From Candidatus Saccharimonadales bacterium (GTDB lineage Bacteria > Patescibacteriota > Saccharimonadia > Saccharimonadales > EFPC-124), in contig JBOHNX010000001.1 of the NCBI GenBank assembly GCA_050730875.1, positions 77,827 through 141,826 on the forward strand: 64,000 nt of DNA, in the 5' to 3' direction. The notes beneath the pieces were generated by a model that saw only the letters and a program-made list of their open reading frames with translations, made no database searches and was not told the DNA's origin. The position numbers and the translations under genes are program-made. Positions 33,850-42,674 of the stretch are shown here, in pieces (position 1 is the stretch's first letter; every line of letters starts with the position of its first letter).

Positions 33850-35145
33850 ATGAGTAAAAAAGTTGCAATTGCGGGTTTTGGGTCTGAGGGCTTGAGTGCC
33901 TACCGTTACTTCAAGGCCCAAGGGGCAGATATTACGATTTTCGACGAAAAAAAGCAGCCGAATCAGCCGGTGCCGGAAGGCGCTGAATTTGTGTGGGGCA
34001 AGGATTGCTTTGCTGATCTGCGTGGTTTTGATGTTGTGATGCGTTTTCCGGCGCTGCGGCCGGATCGAATTACGACCGATGGCGAAATGAGCTCGGTTAT
34101 TAAAGAGTTTTTTAAAGCCTGCCCCGCGCCAATAATTGGCGTGACGGGGAGTAAGGGTAAGGGGACAACTTCTAGCCTGATCCACCTGATGCTCAATAAC
34201 GCGGGCAAAACCACGCACATCGCGGGCAATATCGGCGTGCCGGCGCTCGATATTCTGCCGGATATCAAAAAGGATGATGTGGTAGTGCTGGAGTTGAGTA
34301 GCTTCCAGCTATGGGACTTGCAACAAAGTCCGCATGTTGCCGTGGTGCTGATGATCGAGCCAGACCACCTAGATGTTCACAAAGATTTAATTGAATACAT
34401 CGGCGCCAAAAGTAACATTGTCCGCTGGCAAACGGCTGATGACGTGACAGTATACTTACCTGGCAACCATCTGACTGAGCAAATTGCTATGCAGGGTAAG
34501 GGTAAGAAAACTCCATACACCAAGGCACCTGGCGCGCATGTAGAAGATGGTTTTATTGTGATTGATGAGCACAAAATTTGTGCAATTTCCGACATAGCTT
34601 TGCCTGGCAAACACAACGTCGATAACGCCTGCGCCGCGGTTACTGCCGCTTGGCAATTCACGCAAGATGCAGACGCGCTAGCCAAGGCACTGCGCGAATT
34701 TAAAGGGTTAGACCATCGATTAAAACTTGTACGCGAACTGAATGATGTTCGTTTTTACGACGACAGCATTGCTACCACGCCAGGCTCGGCCATAGCTGCG
34801 CTGCATGCATTCCCTGAGCCAAAGGTGCTGATTTTAGGTGGTTCCGACAAAGGCGCCGACTTTACCGAACTTGCCGAAACCATTGTCGAAAGCGACCTGC
34901 GTGCAGTGGTCCTGATTGGTGCCATGCGCCACAAATTGCACGAAGCAATTACGGCCGCAGGGTACAAAGGGCCGGTAGAGTTCTTTGACGAGCACAGCAC
35001 TATGGAGCAAATAGTCACCCGTGCAGCCAAGCAAGCAAAATCTGGCGATGTAGTTATACTTTCGCCAGCCTGTGCCAGCTTCGATATGTTTAAAGACTAC
35101 AAAGATCGCGGCGAACAGTTTATAGCTGCCGTTGGGCGCCTATAA
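33850..35145 (+). CDS. murD: UDP-N-acetylmuramoylalanine--D-glutamate ligase
   Basis: N-terminal Rossmann segment VAIAGFGSEG, Mur ligase P-loop GVTGSKGKGTT, DHRLKLV...YDDSIATTPGSAIAAL. TGtATACT (33835-42) ends 7 nt before the ATG. Confidence 0.85.
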   Translation: MSKKVAIAGFGSEGLSAYRYFKAQGADITIFDEKKQPNQPVPEGAEFVWGKDCFADLRGFDVVMRFPALRPDRITTDGEMSSVIKEFFKACPAPIIGVTGSKGKGTTSSLIHLMLNNAGKTTHIAGNIGVPALDILPDIKKDDVVVLELSSFQLWDLQQSPHVAVVLMIEPDHLDVHKDLIEYIGAKSNIVRWQTADDVTVYLPGNHLTEQIAMQGKGKKTPYTKAPGAHVEDGFIVIDEHKICAISDIALPGKHNVDNACAAVTAAWQFTQDADALAKALREFKGLDHRLKLVRELNDVRFYDDSIATTPGSAIAALHAFPEPKVLILGGSDKGADFTELAETIVESDLRAVVLIGAMRHKLHEAITAAGYKGPVEFFDEHSTMEQIVTRAAKQAKSGDVVILSPACASFDMFKDYKDRGEQFIAAVGRL

Positions 35146-35162
35146 GTGGTAGGCTAGAGGTA

Positions 35163-36251
35163 ATGGACGAACTTATTAAAAAAGCCAAAGCGCTTCATAA
35201 AGATGTAGCGGCTGGGCTTAAAAAATTAGGTGCCGATAAGATTCAGGCTGAACTTGATGAGCTACAGACGCAAATGGCTAAGCCTGATTTTTGGCAGGAT
35301 GTCATTACGGCGCAAAAAGTAGTGCAGCGTGAAGCTAAGCTGCGTACGCAGCTCGATCCGTGGCAGCGTTTGGCTCAGGATACAGAAGATGTCAGTGAAC
35401 TCATGGCAGTCGGCGACGTCAGCATGGAGGTTGAGCTTGCCCAGCAGCTTGCAGATTTAGAGCGGCGCTATGGCGAGCTTAAGCACGAGCTGCAGTTTTC
35501 TGGCAAATATGATGACCACGACGCAATTTTGCGCCTAAGCGCCGGCGCCGGTGGGACCGATGCTCAAGACTGGACCGAAATGTTGCTGCGCATGTACCTG
35601 CGTTGGTCTGAAAAAAATGGCAATAAAACAGAACTCATCGAGGAATCACGCGGCGAAGAAGCGGGCATAAAAAGTGCGGTCATAAGTGTGAGCGGCGCGT
35701 ATGCTTACGGCAAGCTGAAAGGGGAGCACGGCGTGCATCGTTTAGTGCGCCTTAGCCCTTTTAACGCGGATAATCTGCGTCAAACTAGCTTTGCCTTGGT
35801 TGAGGTTTTACCACAAATCGATGCACCGGAAGAAGTTGAACTCGACGAAAAAGACTTACGCGTAGACGTCTTTCGAGCCGGCGGCCACGGTGGCCAAAGC
35901 GTGAACACTACCGATTCGGCCGTGCGCATCACGCACATCCCAACCGGCATCGTGGTGAGCATCCAAAACGAACGCTCCCAACTGCAAAACAAAGAAACCG
36001 CGTTCAAAATTTTACGCTCAAAACTTGCGCAGCTGCAGCTTGAGCAACACAAAGAAACGTTGGCTGAGCTAAAAGGCCCAACCAAATCAGCCGAATGGGG
36101 CAGCCAAATCCGCAACTACGTGCTGCATCCATACACATTAGTAAAAGACACCCGCACCGGCCACGAAGAACGAGATGCAAACAAAGTACTGGATGGTAGC
36201 TTGAGCGGTTTTATCGAGGCATATCTAAGTCGCACCGAAAAAAGCGCTTAG
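35163..36251 (+). CDS. prfB: Peptide chain release factor 2 (uninterrupted frame)
   Basis: SPF tripeptide (RLVRLSPFNADN) and [23 protein letters not shown]. No in-frame UGA or +1 frameshift site. Confidence 0.95.
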   Translation: MDELIKKAKALHKDVAAGLKKLGADKIQAELDELQTQMAKPDFWQDVITAQKVVQREAKLRTQLDPWQRLAQDTEDVSELMAVGDVSMEVELAQQLADLERRYGELKHELQFSGKYDDHDAILRLSAGAGGTDAQDWTEMLLRMYLRWSEKNGNKTELIEESRGEEAGIKSAVISVSGAYAYGKLKGEHGVHRLVRLSPFNADNLRQTSFALVEVLPQIDAPEEVELDEKDLRVDVFRAGGHGGQSVNTTDSAVRITHIPTGIVVSIQNERSQLQNKETAFKILRSKLAQLQLEQHKETLAELKGPTKSAEWGSQIRNYVLHPYTLVKDTRTGHEERDANKVLDGSLSGFIEAYLSRTEKSA

Positions 36252-36291
36252 ATGCTTTAACCATCGCATTCGCACATGCTAGGGTGTATGT

Positions 36292-37158
36292 ATGGATTGG
36301 ACGGATATCTATTCTTCAGCTCAACAAATTTTTAGCTATATGTATGTGCAGATACTAGCGACGATAGGTGCTGCACTTGTTGCTCAATTCATACTGCACC
36401 GGACAATCGACCGCATTGTAGCCCGTGTTGTCCGGAGCCATAAGTATGCACATAAAATCGATGAAGAAAAGCGTGAACGTACCCTTGTAACGATCTTCCG
36501 TACTGCGGTCGGTGTTGTGTTGTGGGTGATCGTCGTTATGCTTATTCTGTGGCAACTGCAGGTCAATATTGCGGCGTTTCTAACCGGAGCTGGGTTGATC
36601 GGTATTGTCGTGGGCTTTGGTGCCCAAAACGCAATCCGCGATATTCTGGCGGGTATCTTCATTATTTCCGAAAACCAGTATCGCGTTGGCGATATAGTGA
36701 CGCTCAATGCCGAAGGTACGAATATTTCGGGCGAGGTCCAGGACATTACCATTCGTATTACACGGCTTCGTGACCTGGACGGAAATATGCTAATTGTGCG
36801 GAATGGATCAGTTGTTATCGTAACAAACCTGTCATTCGAATTCGCCAATGTGAATGTTGATGTGGGCGTTAGTTACGACTCCGACATAGACAAGGTCGAA
36901 CGGGTTATAAACGAAGTGGGGCAGCAGCTTGCCGAGGATGAGGCCTGGGCACAACACATATACGAACCCATTCATTTTTTCCGGGTTGATGGTTTTGAAG
37001 ATTCGGCTATCAGAATTAAAGCGCTCGGTAAGGTAGAGCCGGCTATGCAGTGGGATATCGCAGGTGAGTTCCGTCGCAGACTAAAAAAGGCGTTCGATAA
37101 ACAAAATATAACAATTCCATTCCCACAGGTAGTCGTACATAAGGCATCAACCAAGTAG
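36292..37158 (+). CDS. Small-conductance mechanosensitive channel (MscS family)
   Basis: Three TM segments, then FGAQNAIRDILAGIFIISENQYRVGDIV and a beta domain. Confidence 0.85.
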   Translation: MDWTDIYSSAQQIFSYMYVQILATIGAALVAQFILHRTIDRIVARVVRSHKYAHKIDEEKRERTLVTIFRTAVGVVLWVIVVMLILWQLQVNIAAFLTGAGLIGIVVGFGAQNAIRDILAGIFIISENQYRVGDIVTLNAEGTNISGEVQDITIRITRLRDLDGNMLIVRNGSVVIVTNLSFEFANVNVDVGVSYDSDIDKVERVINEVGQQLAEDEAWAQHIYEPIHFFRVDGFEDSAIRIKALGKVEPAMQWDIAGEFRRRLKKAFDKQNITIPFPQVVVHKASTK

Positions 37159-37194
37159 TACCAGTCTGATATCGCTTGTGCTACAATAATCGTG

Positions 37195-37881
37195 ATGATT
37201 TTACTGGACCGGGTGACCAAGATATACGGCAAAGACAAGCCTGCCATTAACCGAGCAAGCGTACATATCGAGCCAAAGGAATTCGTGATTATTGTCGGAA
37301 CAAGTGGGGCGGGAAAGTCGACACTTTTGAAATTGCTGACACGGGAAGAAAAGCCAACCAGCGGCAAAATTGTCGTTGGTGGCATCGACTATGACACCCT
37401 AAAAGATAAGAATATTCCACTGCTGCGCCGAAAAATCGGTGTGGTATTCCAGGACTTCAAACTGTTACCACAGCGGACCGTGTTCGAAAACATCGCCTTT
37501 GCACTCGAAATCGGCGGTATGAGTAATCGCGAAATTCGACACACCGTACCAAAGGTGATCGAGCTAGTAGGCTTAACTGGTAAAGAGAAACAGTTCCCGG
37601 GCGAACTTTCTGGTGGTGAACGGCAGCGTGTGGCAATTGCTCGTGCTGTAGTGCGCCAACCTAAGATTTTAATTGCGGATGAGCCAACCGGTAACCTCGA
37701 CCCCAAGCACAGTTGGGATATTGTGCGATTGCTTGAAAAGATTAACCGGTATGGTACAACGGTTCTGCTCACAACGCACAACCAGGATATCGTAAACAAA
37801 CTAAAACGCCGCGTGATTACCATTGATCACGGGAAGATAGTTGCTGATGTGGCCCAGGGTGGCTATCGACAAGGAGCATAG
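37195..37881 (+). CDS. ftsE: Cell-division ABC ATPase FtsE
   Basis: GTSGAGKST (Walker A), LSGGERQRVAIARA, and ILIADEPTGNLD. TGcTACAAT (37179-87) ends 7 nt before ATG 37195; the track start is GTG 37192. Confidence 0.9.
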   Translation: MILLDRVTKIYGKDKPAINRASVHIEPKEFVIIVGTSGAGKSTLLKLLTREEKPTSGKIVVGGIDYDTLKDKNIPLLRRKIGVVFQDFKLLPQRTVFENIAFALEIGGMSNREIRHTVPKVIELVGLTGKEKQFPGELSGGERQRVAIARAVVRQPKILIADEPTGNLDPKHSWDIVRLLEKINRYGTTVLLTTHNQDIVNKLKRRVITIDHGKIVADVAQGGYRQGA

Positions 37882-37889
37882 GAGGAAAT

Positions 37890-38819
37890 ATGCGGCGTAA
37901 ATGGATAACTGTTCTTAGGATTTTCCGCTACGGTCTCAATAACTTTTCGCGCAACGCGTGGTTGAGTACGGCCGCTACCATTGTTATGGTCGTCACGCTG
38001 ACAATTGTGCTAAGCACCTTTGTGGCGCGCATGGTATTCGCAGACACAATCGATCAAATTCGTCAGAAAATCGACGTCTCGATATACCTAAAGGACACCG
38101 TTGACGAAGAGCAGCGCGATAAACTTGTTGGTGCCATAAAAGAGGTGCCGATTGTGACGGATATCGACTACATTAGCAAGGAACAAGCTCGCGAAGTTTT
38201 TAAACAGCAGAATAAAGCTGATTACGAACAGCTCGAGGCGCTCGGTGAGCTGGGGCAAGAAAACCCATTCCCGGCAAGCCTGCGCGTTCACACAAAGGAC
38301 CCTAACCGGCTAGAAGAGATCAATAAAGTAATCAACCAGCAGGAATTCGCCGATATGCAGTCGGCGCCGGCATCAATTTCTGGTGCGCGGAAGGCAGCTA
38401 TCGAAAATATTGCCCGCGTATCGCAATTTTCCGAAATTTTCGGTATGGTTGCATCGGTCATCTTTGTGATCATTTCTATCATGATTATCTTCAACACAAT
38501 CCGAATGGCCATTTTTAACCGTAAGGATGAAATTGAAATTATGAAACTTATTGGTGCAGAGAAGAGCTTTATCCGAGGGCCGTTCATTGTAGAAGCCTCG
38601 ATGTACGGCGTGTTAGCCGCGCTAGTATCGGTTGCATTGATTTATCTGGTATTAATGACCGCTGGCTCAGGCCTCAGTAACTACGATATTGAAGTAGGGC
38701 CGACTATTAAGTTCTTTGCCGATTGGCCGCTGTTAATTATGCTTGGGCAAGTATTGGTGGGTATTGGCATTGGCGTGCTCTCATCTTTCCTGGCTATGCG
38801 TCGCTACCTAAAAGTATAA
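37890..38819 (+). CDS. ftsX: Cell-division permease-like protein FtsX
   Basis: Immediately after ftsE. One TM, a large extracytoplasmic loop and three C-terminal TM segments, with EIEIMKLIGAEKSFIRGPF. Confidence 0.85.
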   Translation: MRRKWITVLRIFRYGLNNFSRNAWLSTAATIVMVVTLTIVLSTFVARMVFADTIDQIRQKIDVSIYLKDTVDEEQRDKLVGAIKEVPIVTDIDYISKEQAREVFKQQNKADYEQLEALGELGQENPFPASLRVHTKDPNRLEEINKVINQQEFADMQSAPASISGARKAAIENIARVSQFSEIFGMVASVIFVIISIMIIFNTIRMAIFNRKDEIEIMKLIGAEKSFIRGPFIVEASMYGVLAALVSVALIYLVLMTAGSGLSNYDIEVGPTIKFFADWPLLIMLGQVLVGIGIGVLSSFLAMRRYLKV

Positions 38820-38908
38820 TTTAGTGTTGTAGTATCGGCCTAAGCTTATTGACTTGACCTTGGTAATTAGTTATGCTTATAACGTTTATTATAATGCAAA
38901 TAAAGAAT

Positions 38909-40030
38909 ATGAAGTCCACCGCAACAAAGCCATTTAGAGTAGTTCTCCTGCTTGTACTTGCTTTTTGTCTTGCCCTGGCGCCTGTTACAAGCGCTTATGC
39001 GGACATGTATGATGACCAAATTCGAGCTCTTCAGAATGAGGTGGACCAGTACCAGTCGGAAGCGAGTCGGCTGAGGGGCCAAGCAGATACTTTACAGAAT
39101 CAGCTGAATACCTTAGAAGCAGAGAAAAGCGCTCTACAAAAGCAAATTAGCCTGAATGAAGCCGAACTTGCCCGGTTGAATGATGAAATTAAAAAGACCG
39201 AAGAGCGGCTCGAAAACCAGAAGGAACTGCTTGGGCAAAACCTCCGTTCCATGTATTTGGAGAGTTCAATTTCACCGCTAGAGATGATTGCATCTGCAAA
39301 CAGCATTTCAGACTACATCGACAAACAGGAATACCGTAACACGATTCGTGATCGCGTACAGAAGTCGATGACGGAAATCCGTGACCTTAAAGAACAGCTC
39401 GACAAGCAAAAGATTGCAGTCGAGCAGAAGCTGACCGACCAAAAAGAACAACGCGGAGTTTTGGCACAAAAGAGTGCCGAACAAGCTAACTTATTGGCAC
39501 AGACACAGGGTCAGGAAGCTGCATACCAAAAACTGGCATCGCAGCGTAACTCGCGTATTGCCGAGCTGGTCGCACAACAGAAAGCTGCCAACTTACGATG
39601 GGGCGGGAACATAAGCTATGGACCCAACTGTGGTGGTGGCTATTCTGGACCATGGAATTGGTGTAATGCACCGCTCGACGCTTATGTCGACAAATGGGGC
39701 ATGTATACCCGCGAGTGTGTAAGCTACACTGCATTTAAAGTGTGGCAGTCTGGCCGACACATGCCCTACTGGGGTGGCCGAGGCAATGCTAAGCAATGGG
39801 ATGACAATGCTCGTGCAGCTGGCATCTCGGTAGACTCAAACCCACGTGCGGGTGACGTTGCAGTGTGGAACGTTGGCTACTACGGCCATGTGATGTATGT
39901 CGAAGCCGTGCGCGGCAATGGCGATATCTACATTAGCGAATACAACTTTGACTGGACCGGTCGTTATAGCGAACGGACGATTTCGGCCGACACATGGCGC
40001 AGTCAAGGCTTCGTCTTTATCCACTTCTAA
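38909..40030 (+). CDS. Secreted coiled-coil + CHAP-domain peptidoglycan hydrolase (PcsB-like architecture)
   Basis: ATG 38909 gives signal peptide MKSTATKPFRVVLLLVLAFCLALAPVTSAYA. About 200 aa of heptad-rich Q/E/L sequence, then a CHAP domain with CVSYTAFKVW (Cys) and YYGHVMYVEAV (His). Confidence 0.8.
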   Translation: MKSTATKPFRVVLLLVLAFCLALAPVTSAYADMYDDQIRALQNEVDQYQSEASRLRGQADTLQNQLNTLEAEKSALQKQISLNEAELARLNDEIKKTEERLENQKELLGQNLRSMYLESSISPLEMIASANSISDYIDKQEYRNTIRDRVQKSMTEIRDLKEQLDKQKIAVEQKLTDQKEQRGVLAQKSAEQANLLAQTQGQEAAYQKLASQRNSRIAELVAQQKAANLRWGGNISYGPNCGGGYSGPWNWCNAPLDAYVDKWGMYTRECVSYTAFKVWQSGRHMPYWGGRGNAKQWDDNARAAGISVDSNPRAGDVAVWNVGYYGHVMYVEAVRGNGDIYISEYNFDWTGRYSERTISADTWRSQGFVFIHF

Positions 40031-40100
40031 AAAGTATAAATTGGCTGTACGTTAAAGCCGGGCACGCGTGATATCATAAGTCTAAGTTAAATCTGCAAAA

Positions 40101-41357
40101 ATGTCGGAGGGTAGTACAAGCGTGCAGCAAAACAGTGAGCAACCGCAATCGAATCAGGAGCCTGTACGGCTAAATAAACAAAAACGCCGCTTTGGCTTGG
40201 GCACGCTCATTGGCGCCGTGCTAGTAGTTGCCGTGGCGTCATTTATAATTGGTACGCGCTCGCAGGAAATACTCGCTGGGTTTAGCGGAAGCCAAAATAA
40301 GAACCTGGCGCAAGATCTAGACTATACAAGCCTCGAACAAGTCTACGACAAACTGCGCGAAAGCTACGATGGCCAGCTAGACCAGGCAAAACTTCTGGAA
40401 GGTGCCAAGAAAGGCCTTGTGGACGCTGCTGGTGACCCATACACGGTTTACTTTACCGATGAAGAAGCGCAGAAGTTCCTGGGCGATCTAGAAGGCAAGT
40501 TTTCCGGTATTGGTGCCGAGCTCGACCAAAAAGATGATAATCTGATTGTGCTTTCTACGCTCGACGATTCACCGGCGCGGAAAAGTGGCCTACAGCGCGG
40601 TGATGTGATTGCCAAAGTAAACGACCAAGACACCGTAAATTGGTCGATCGACAAGGCTGTATCTGAAATTCGCGGCGAGAAGGGCACTACGGTAAAATTG
40701 ACGGTTCTGCGCGGCCAAGAACTCAAAGATTTTTCGATTGTCCGTGCGCAAATTGTAAACCCAAGCGTGCGCTATGAGGTAACAGGTGACAAAATCGGTA
40801 TCCTGCGAATTTCGCGCTTTGCCGAAAACGACACAGTGGCCCTTGCCAAACGTGCAGCTGAAGAATTCAAAAAACAAGGCGTACGAGGCATAGTTTTCGA
40901 CCTACGCGGTAATGGCGGTGGCTACCTTAACGCGGCGCAAGATATCGCTAGCTTGTGGCTGGAAAATAAAGTTATTGTGCAGGAACGCCGTGGTAATAAA
41001 GTTGTCGATACACTTAACTCCAATGGCGATGCGCTTCTAAAAGGTATGCCAACAGTGGTGCTGATTGACGGTGGTAGTGCCAGTGCTAGTGAGATCGTAG
41101 CTGGTGCGCTGCATGACCACGGCGCAGCCAAACTCGTTGGTGCCAAAACCTTCGGAAAGGGAAGCGTACAGCAAATCGACAAACTAGGGCTTGGGGGCCA
41201 GCTGAAGGTAACTATTGCGAAATGGTTTACGCCAAACGGCAAGAATATTTCTAAAGAGGGTATCGAGCCGGATGTAAAAGTTGAATTAAGTGATCAAGAC
41301 CTCAAGGACGAACGAGATCCACAGAAAGATAAAGCCCTAGAGATTCTTAAAAAGTAG
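40101..41357 (+). CDS. ctpA: Carboxy-terminal processing peptidase (S41) with PDZ
   Basis: TM anchor, PDZ (PARKSGLQRGDVIAKVN), DLRGNGGGYL, GSASASEIVAGAL, and TFGKGSVQ. Confidence 0.9.
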   Translation: MSEGSTSVQQNSEQPQSNQEPVRLNKQKRRFGLGTLIGAVLVVAVASFIIGTRSQEILAGFSGSQNKNLAQDLDYTSLEQVYDKLRESYDGQLDQAKLLEGAKKGLVDAAGDPYTVYFTDEEAQKFLGDLEGKFSGIGAELDQKDDNLIVLSTLDDSPARKSGLQRGDVIAKVNDQDTVNWSIDKAVSEIRGEKGTTVKLTVLRGQELKDFSIVRAQIVNPSVRYEVTGDKIGILRISRFAENDTVALAKRAAEEFKKQGVRGIVFDLRGNGGGYLNAAQDIASLWLENKVIVQERRGNKVVDTLNSNGDALLKGMPTVVLIDGGSASASEIVAGALHDHGAAKLVGAKTFGKGSVQQIDKLGLGGQLKVTIAKWFTPNGKNISKEGIEPDVKVELSDQDLKDERDPQKDKALEILKK

Positions 41358-41377
41358 TATGGTACACTAAAACTAAT

Positions 41378-41800
41378 ATGAATCCAAAGAAGAAGATTTT
41401 ACTCGTTGAAGATGACAAGGCGCTAGCGAATGTGTATATTTCGCGCTTACAGCTTGAAGGCTTCGACGTCCAGCACGTTATAAATGGTGAAGATGCGCTC
41501 TCGACCGCGCTTGAATACAAACCGGACCTTATCGTACTCGACGCGATGATGCCAAAAATCTCTGGTTTTGATGTGCTCGACATCTTGCGTAACACCCCAG
41601 AAACCATGAATGTGCGCGTTATTATGCTGACGGCACTTAGCCAGGCAAAAGATAAAGAAACCGCAGAAAAACTCGGTGCGGATGATTACCTAGTGAAGTC
41701 TCAGGTTGTTATTGGTGATGTTGTAGAACGTATTAAACACCATCTTGGTGTGAGTGGTGCACCTGCACAGGGTGCAAGCGAAGAAAAACCAGCTCAATAG
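41378..41800 (+). CDS. Stand-alone response-regulator receiver domain protein
   Basis: KKILLVEDD, DLIVLDAMMPKISGF, and MLTAL...K. No output domain. Confidence 0.85.
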   Translation: MNPKKKILLVEDDKALANVYISRLQLEGFDVQHVINGEDALSTALEYKPDLIVLDAMMPKISGFDVLDILRNTPETMNVRVIMLTALSQAKDKETAEKLGADDYLVKSQVVIGDVVERIKHHLGVSGAPAQGASEEKPAQ

Positions 41801-41944
41801 AGCAGCGTTTCCTCTTGTTTTAGTGAAAAAATTATTTTAGAGTATTCATATTCCTGTTGAGAAACAGGTGGCTCGGTTACGCCGGGTAACGGTTTGTCGC
41901 TGGCCAACCAGTGCAACCTTTTATTTCAAAGGAGAGTGATTCCG

Positions 41945-42283
41945 GTGGGTTCAGAGGCGATTATGTCGCTGGACGACAAGGTACCGACGTTGGCCGAGGT
42001 GTATCGGCACTATGATGGTCGCCAGAACATCACGATCAGGGTGCCCGGTGTCGTGCTCGAGATCCGAATCGAGGGCGTCATGCAGTGGCGCGAAGGGAAT
42101 TCTGAAAATTACGGCTTTGTGGGTCGTGTCGAGAAAGGCAAGTGGGGTCTTCTGCCTCTTCCAACACACAAGAGGTCGTTTGTGAAGGTTCTCTGTTTAA
42201 ACAACGGTGTCCATGCATCCTGCATCCAACTGAGTCAGGAGCGGATTCTGCTTAACACATCGCCGGGTTCCAGGTTAATCTGA
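41945..42283 (+). CDS. GC-rich hypothetical protein
   Basis: Track ORF 41894..42283. GTG 41945 lies 8 nt after GGAGAG, and ATG 41963 is also possible. No motif recognised. Confidence 0.4.
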   Translation: MGSEAIMSLDDKVPTLAEVYRHYDGRQNITIRVPGVVLEIRIEGVMQWREGNSENYGFVGRVEKGKWGLLPLPTHKRSFVKVLCLNNGVHASCIQLSQERILLNTSPGSRLI

Positions 42284-42285
42284 GT

Positions 42286-42319
42286 TTCGACGGGATGGGA
42301 GCAGTCCCGTCCCGTCGAA
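42286..42319 (+). terminator. Strong GC-rich hairpin directly after the orphan gene stop
   Basis: TTCGACGGGATGGGA (42286-300) pairs with TCCCGTCCCGTCGAA (42305-19): 15 bp with one G-U and a 4-nt loop. No adjacent T-run. Confidence 0.5.
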
Positions 42320-42356
42320 GCAGCTCACTCTCCTTTGGATTTTTATTGTATATAAA

Positions 42357-42386
42357 AGCACACGCCCTAGGGCGTGTGCTTTGTTT
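42357..42386. terminator. Bidirectional rho-independent terminator (serves rpmA on the minus strand)
   Basis: AGCACACGCCC-TA-GGGCGTGTGCT (42357-80), flanked by AAAA on the left and TTGTTT on the right. Confidence 0.65.
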
Positions 42387-42400
42387 GGCAAGAATGAATC

Positions 42401-42673
42401 TTACTCAACTACAACTTGAGTACGTGGGGCAGTTTTGCCGGTGAATCGCTTGTTTTTTACCTTGCGGAAACCAACAACGCCGTCTTTTGCCGCGTGAATA
42501 GTGAAGTTGCGGCTTATAAATGTGCCAGGACCAGCAACTTTGGTCGCGCCTACTTGACGTACCAGTACTTCACCGGTGTTAACTTTTTGGCCGCCGTAGC
42601 GCTTTACGCCAAGCCGCTGGCCGGGTGAGTCGTGGACGTTCTTACTTGAACCACCTGCTTTAACTTTTGACAT
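42401..42673 (-). CDS. rpmA: 50S ribosomal protein L27
   Basis: MSKVKAGGSSKNVHDSPGQRLGVKRYGGQKV. Confidence 0.95.
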   Translation of the reverse strand: MSKVKAGGSSKNVHDSPGQRLGVKRYGGQKVNTGEVLVRQVGATKVAGPGTFISRNFTIHAAKDGVVGFRKVKNKRFTGKTAPRTQVVVE

Positions 42674-42674
42674 A

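Noticed and set aside
35163-35300. Programmed +1 frameshift site in prfB
   Set aside because: The RF2 frame is continuous from ATG 35163 with no in-frame UGA or CUU-UGA-C motif. Both RF1 and RF2 are present, and UGA is used as a stop (for example prfA, the Nudix gene and xseB), so there is no sign of UGA recoding.
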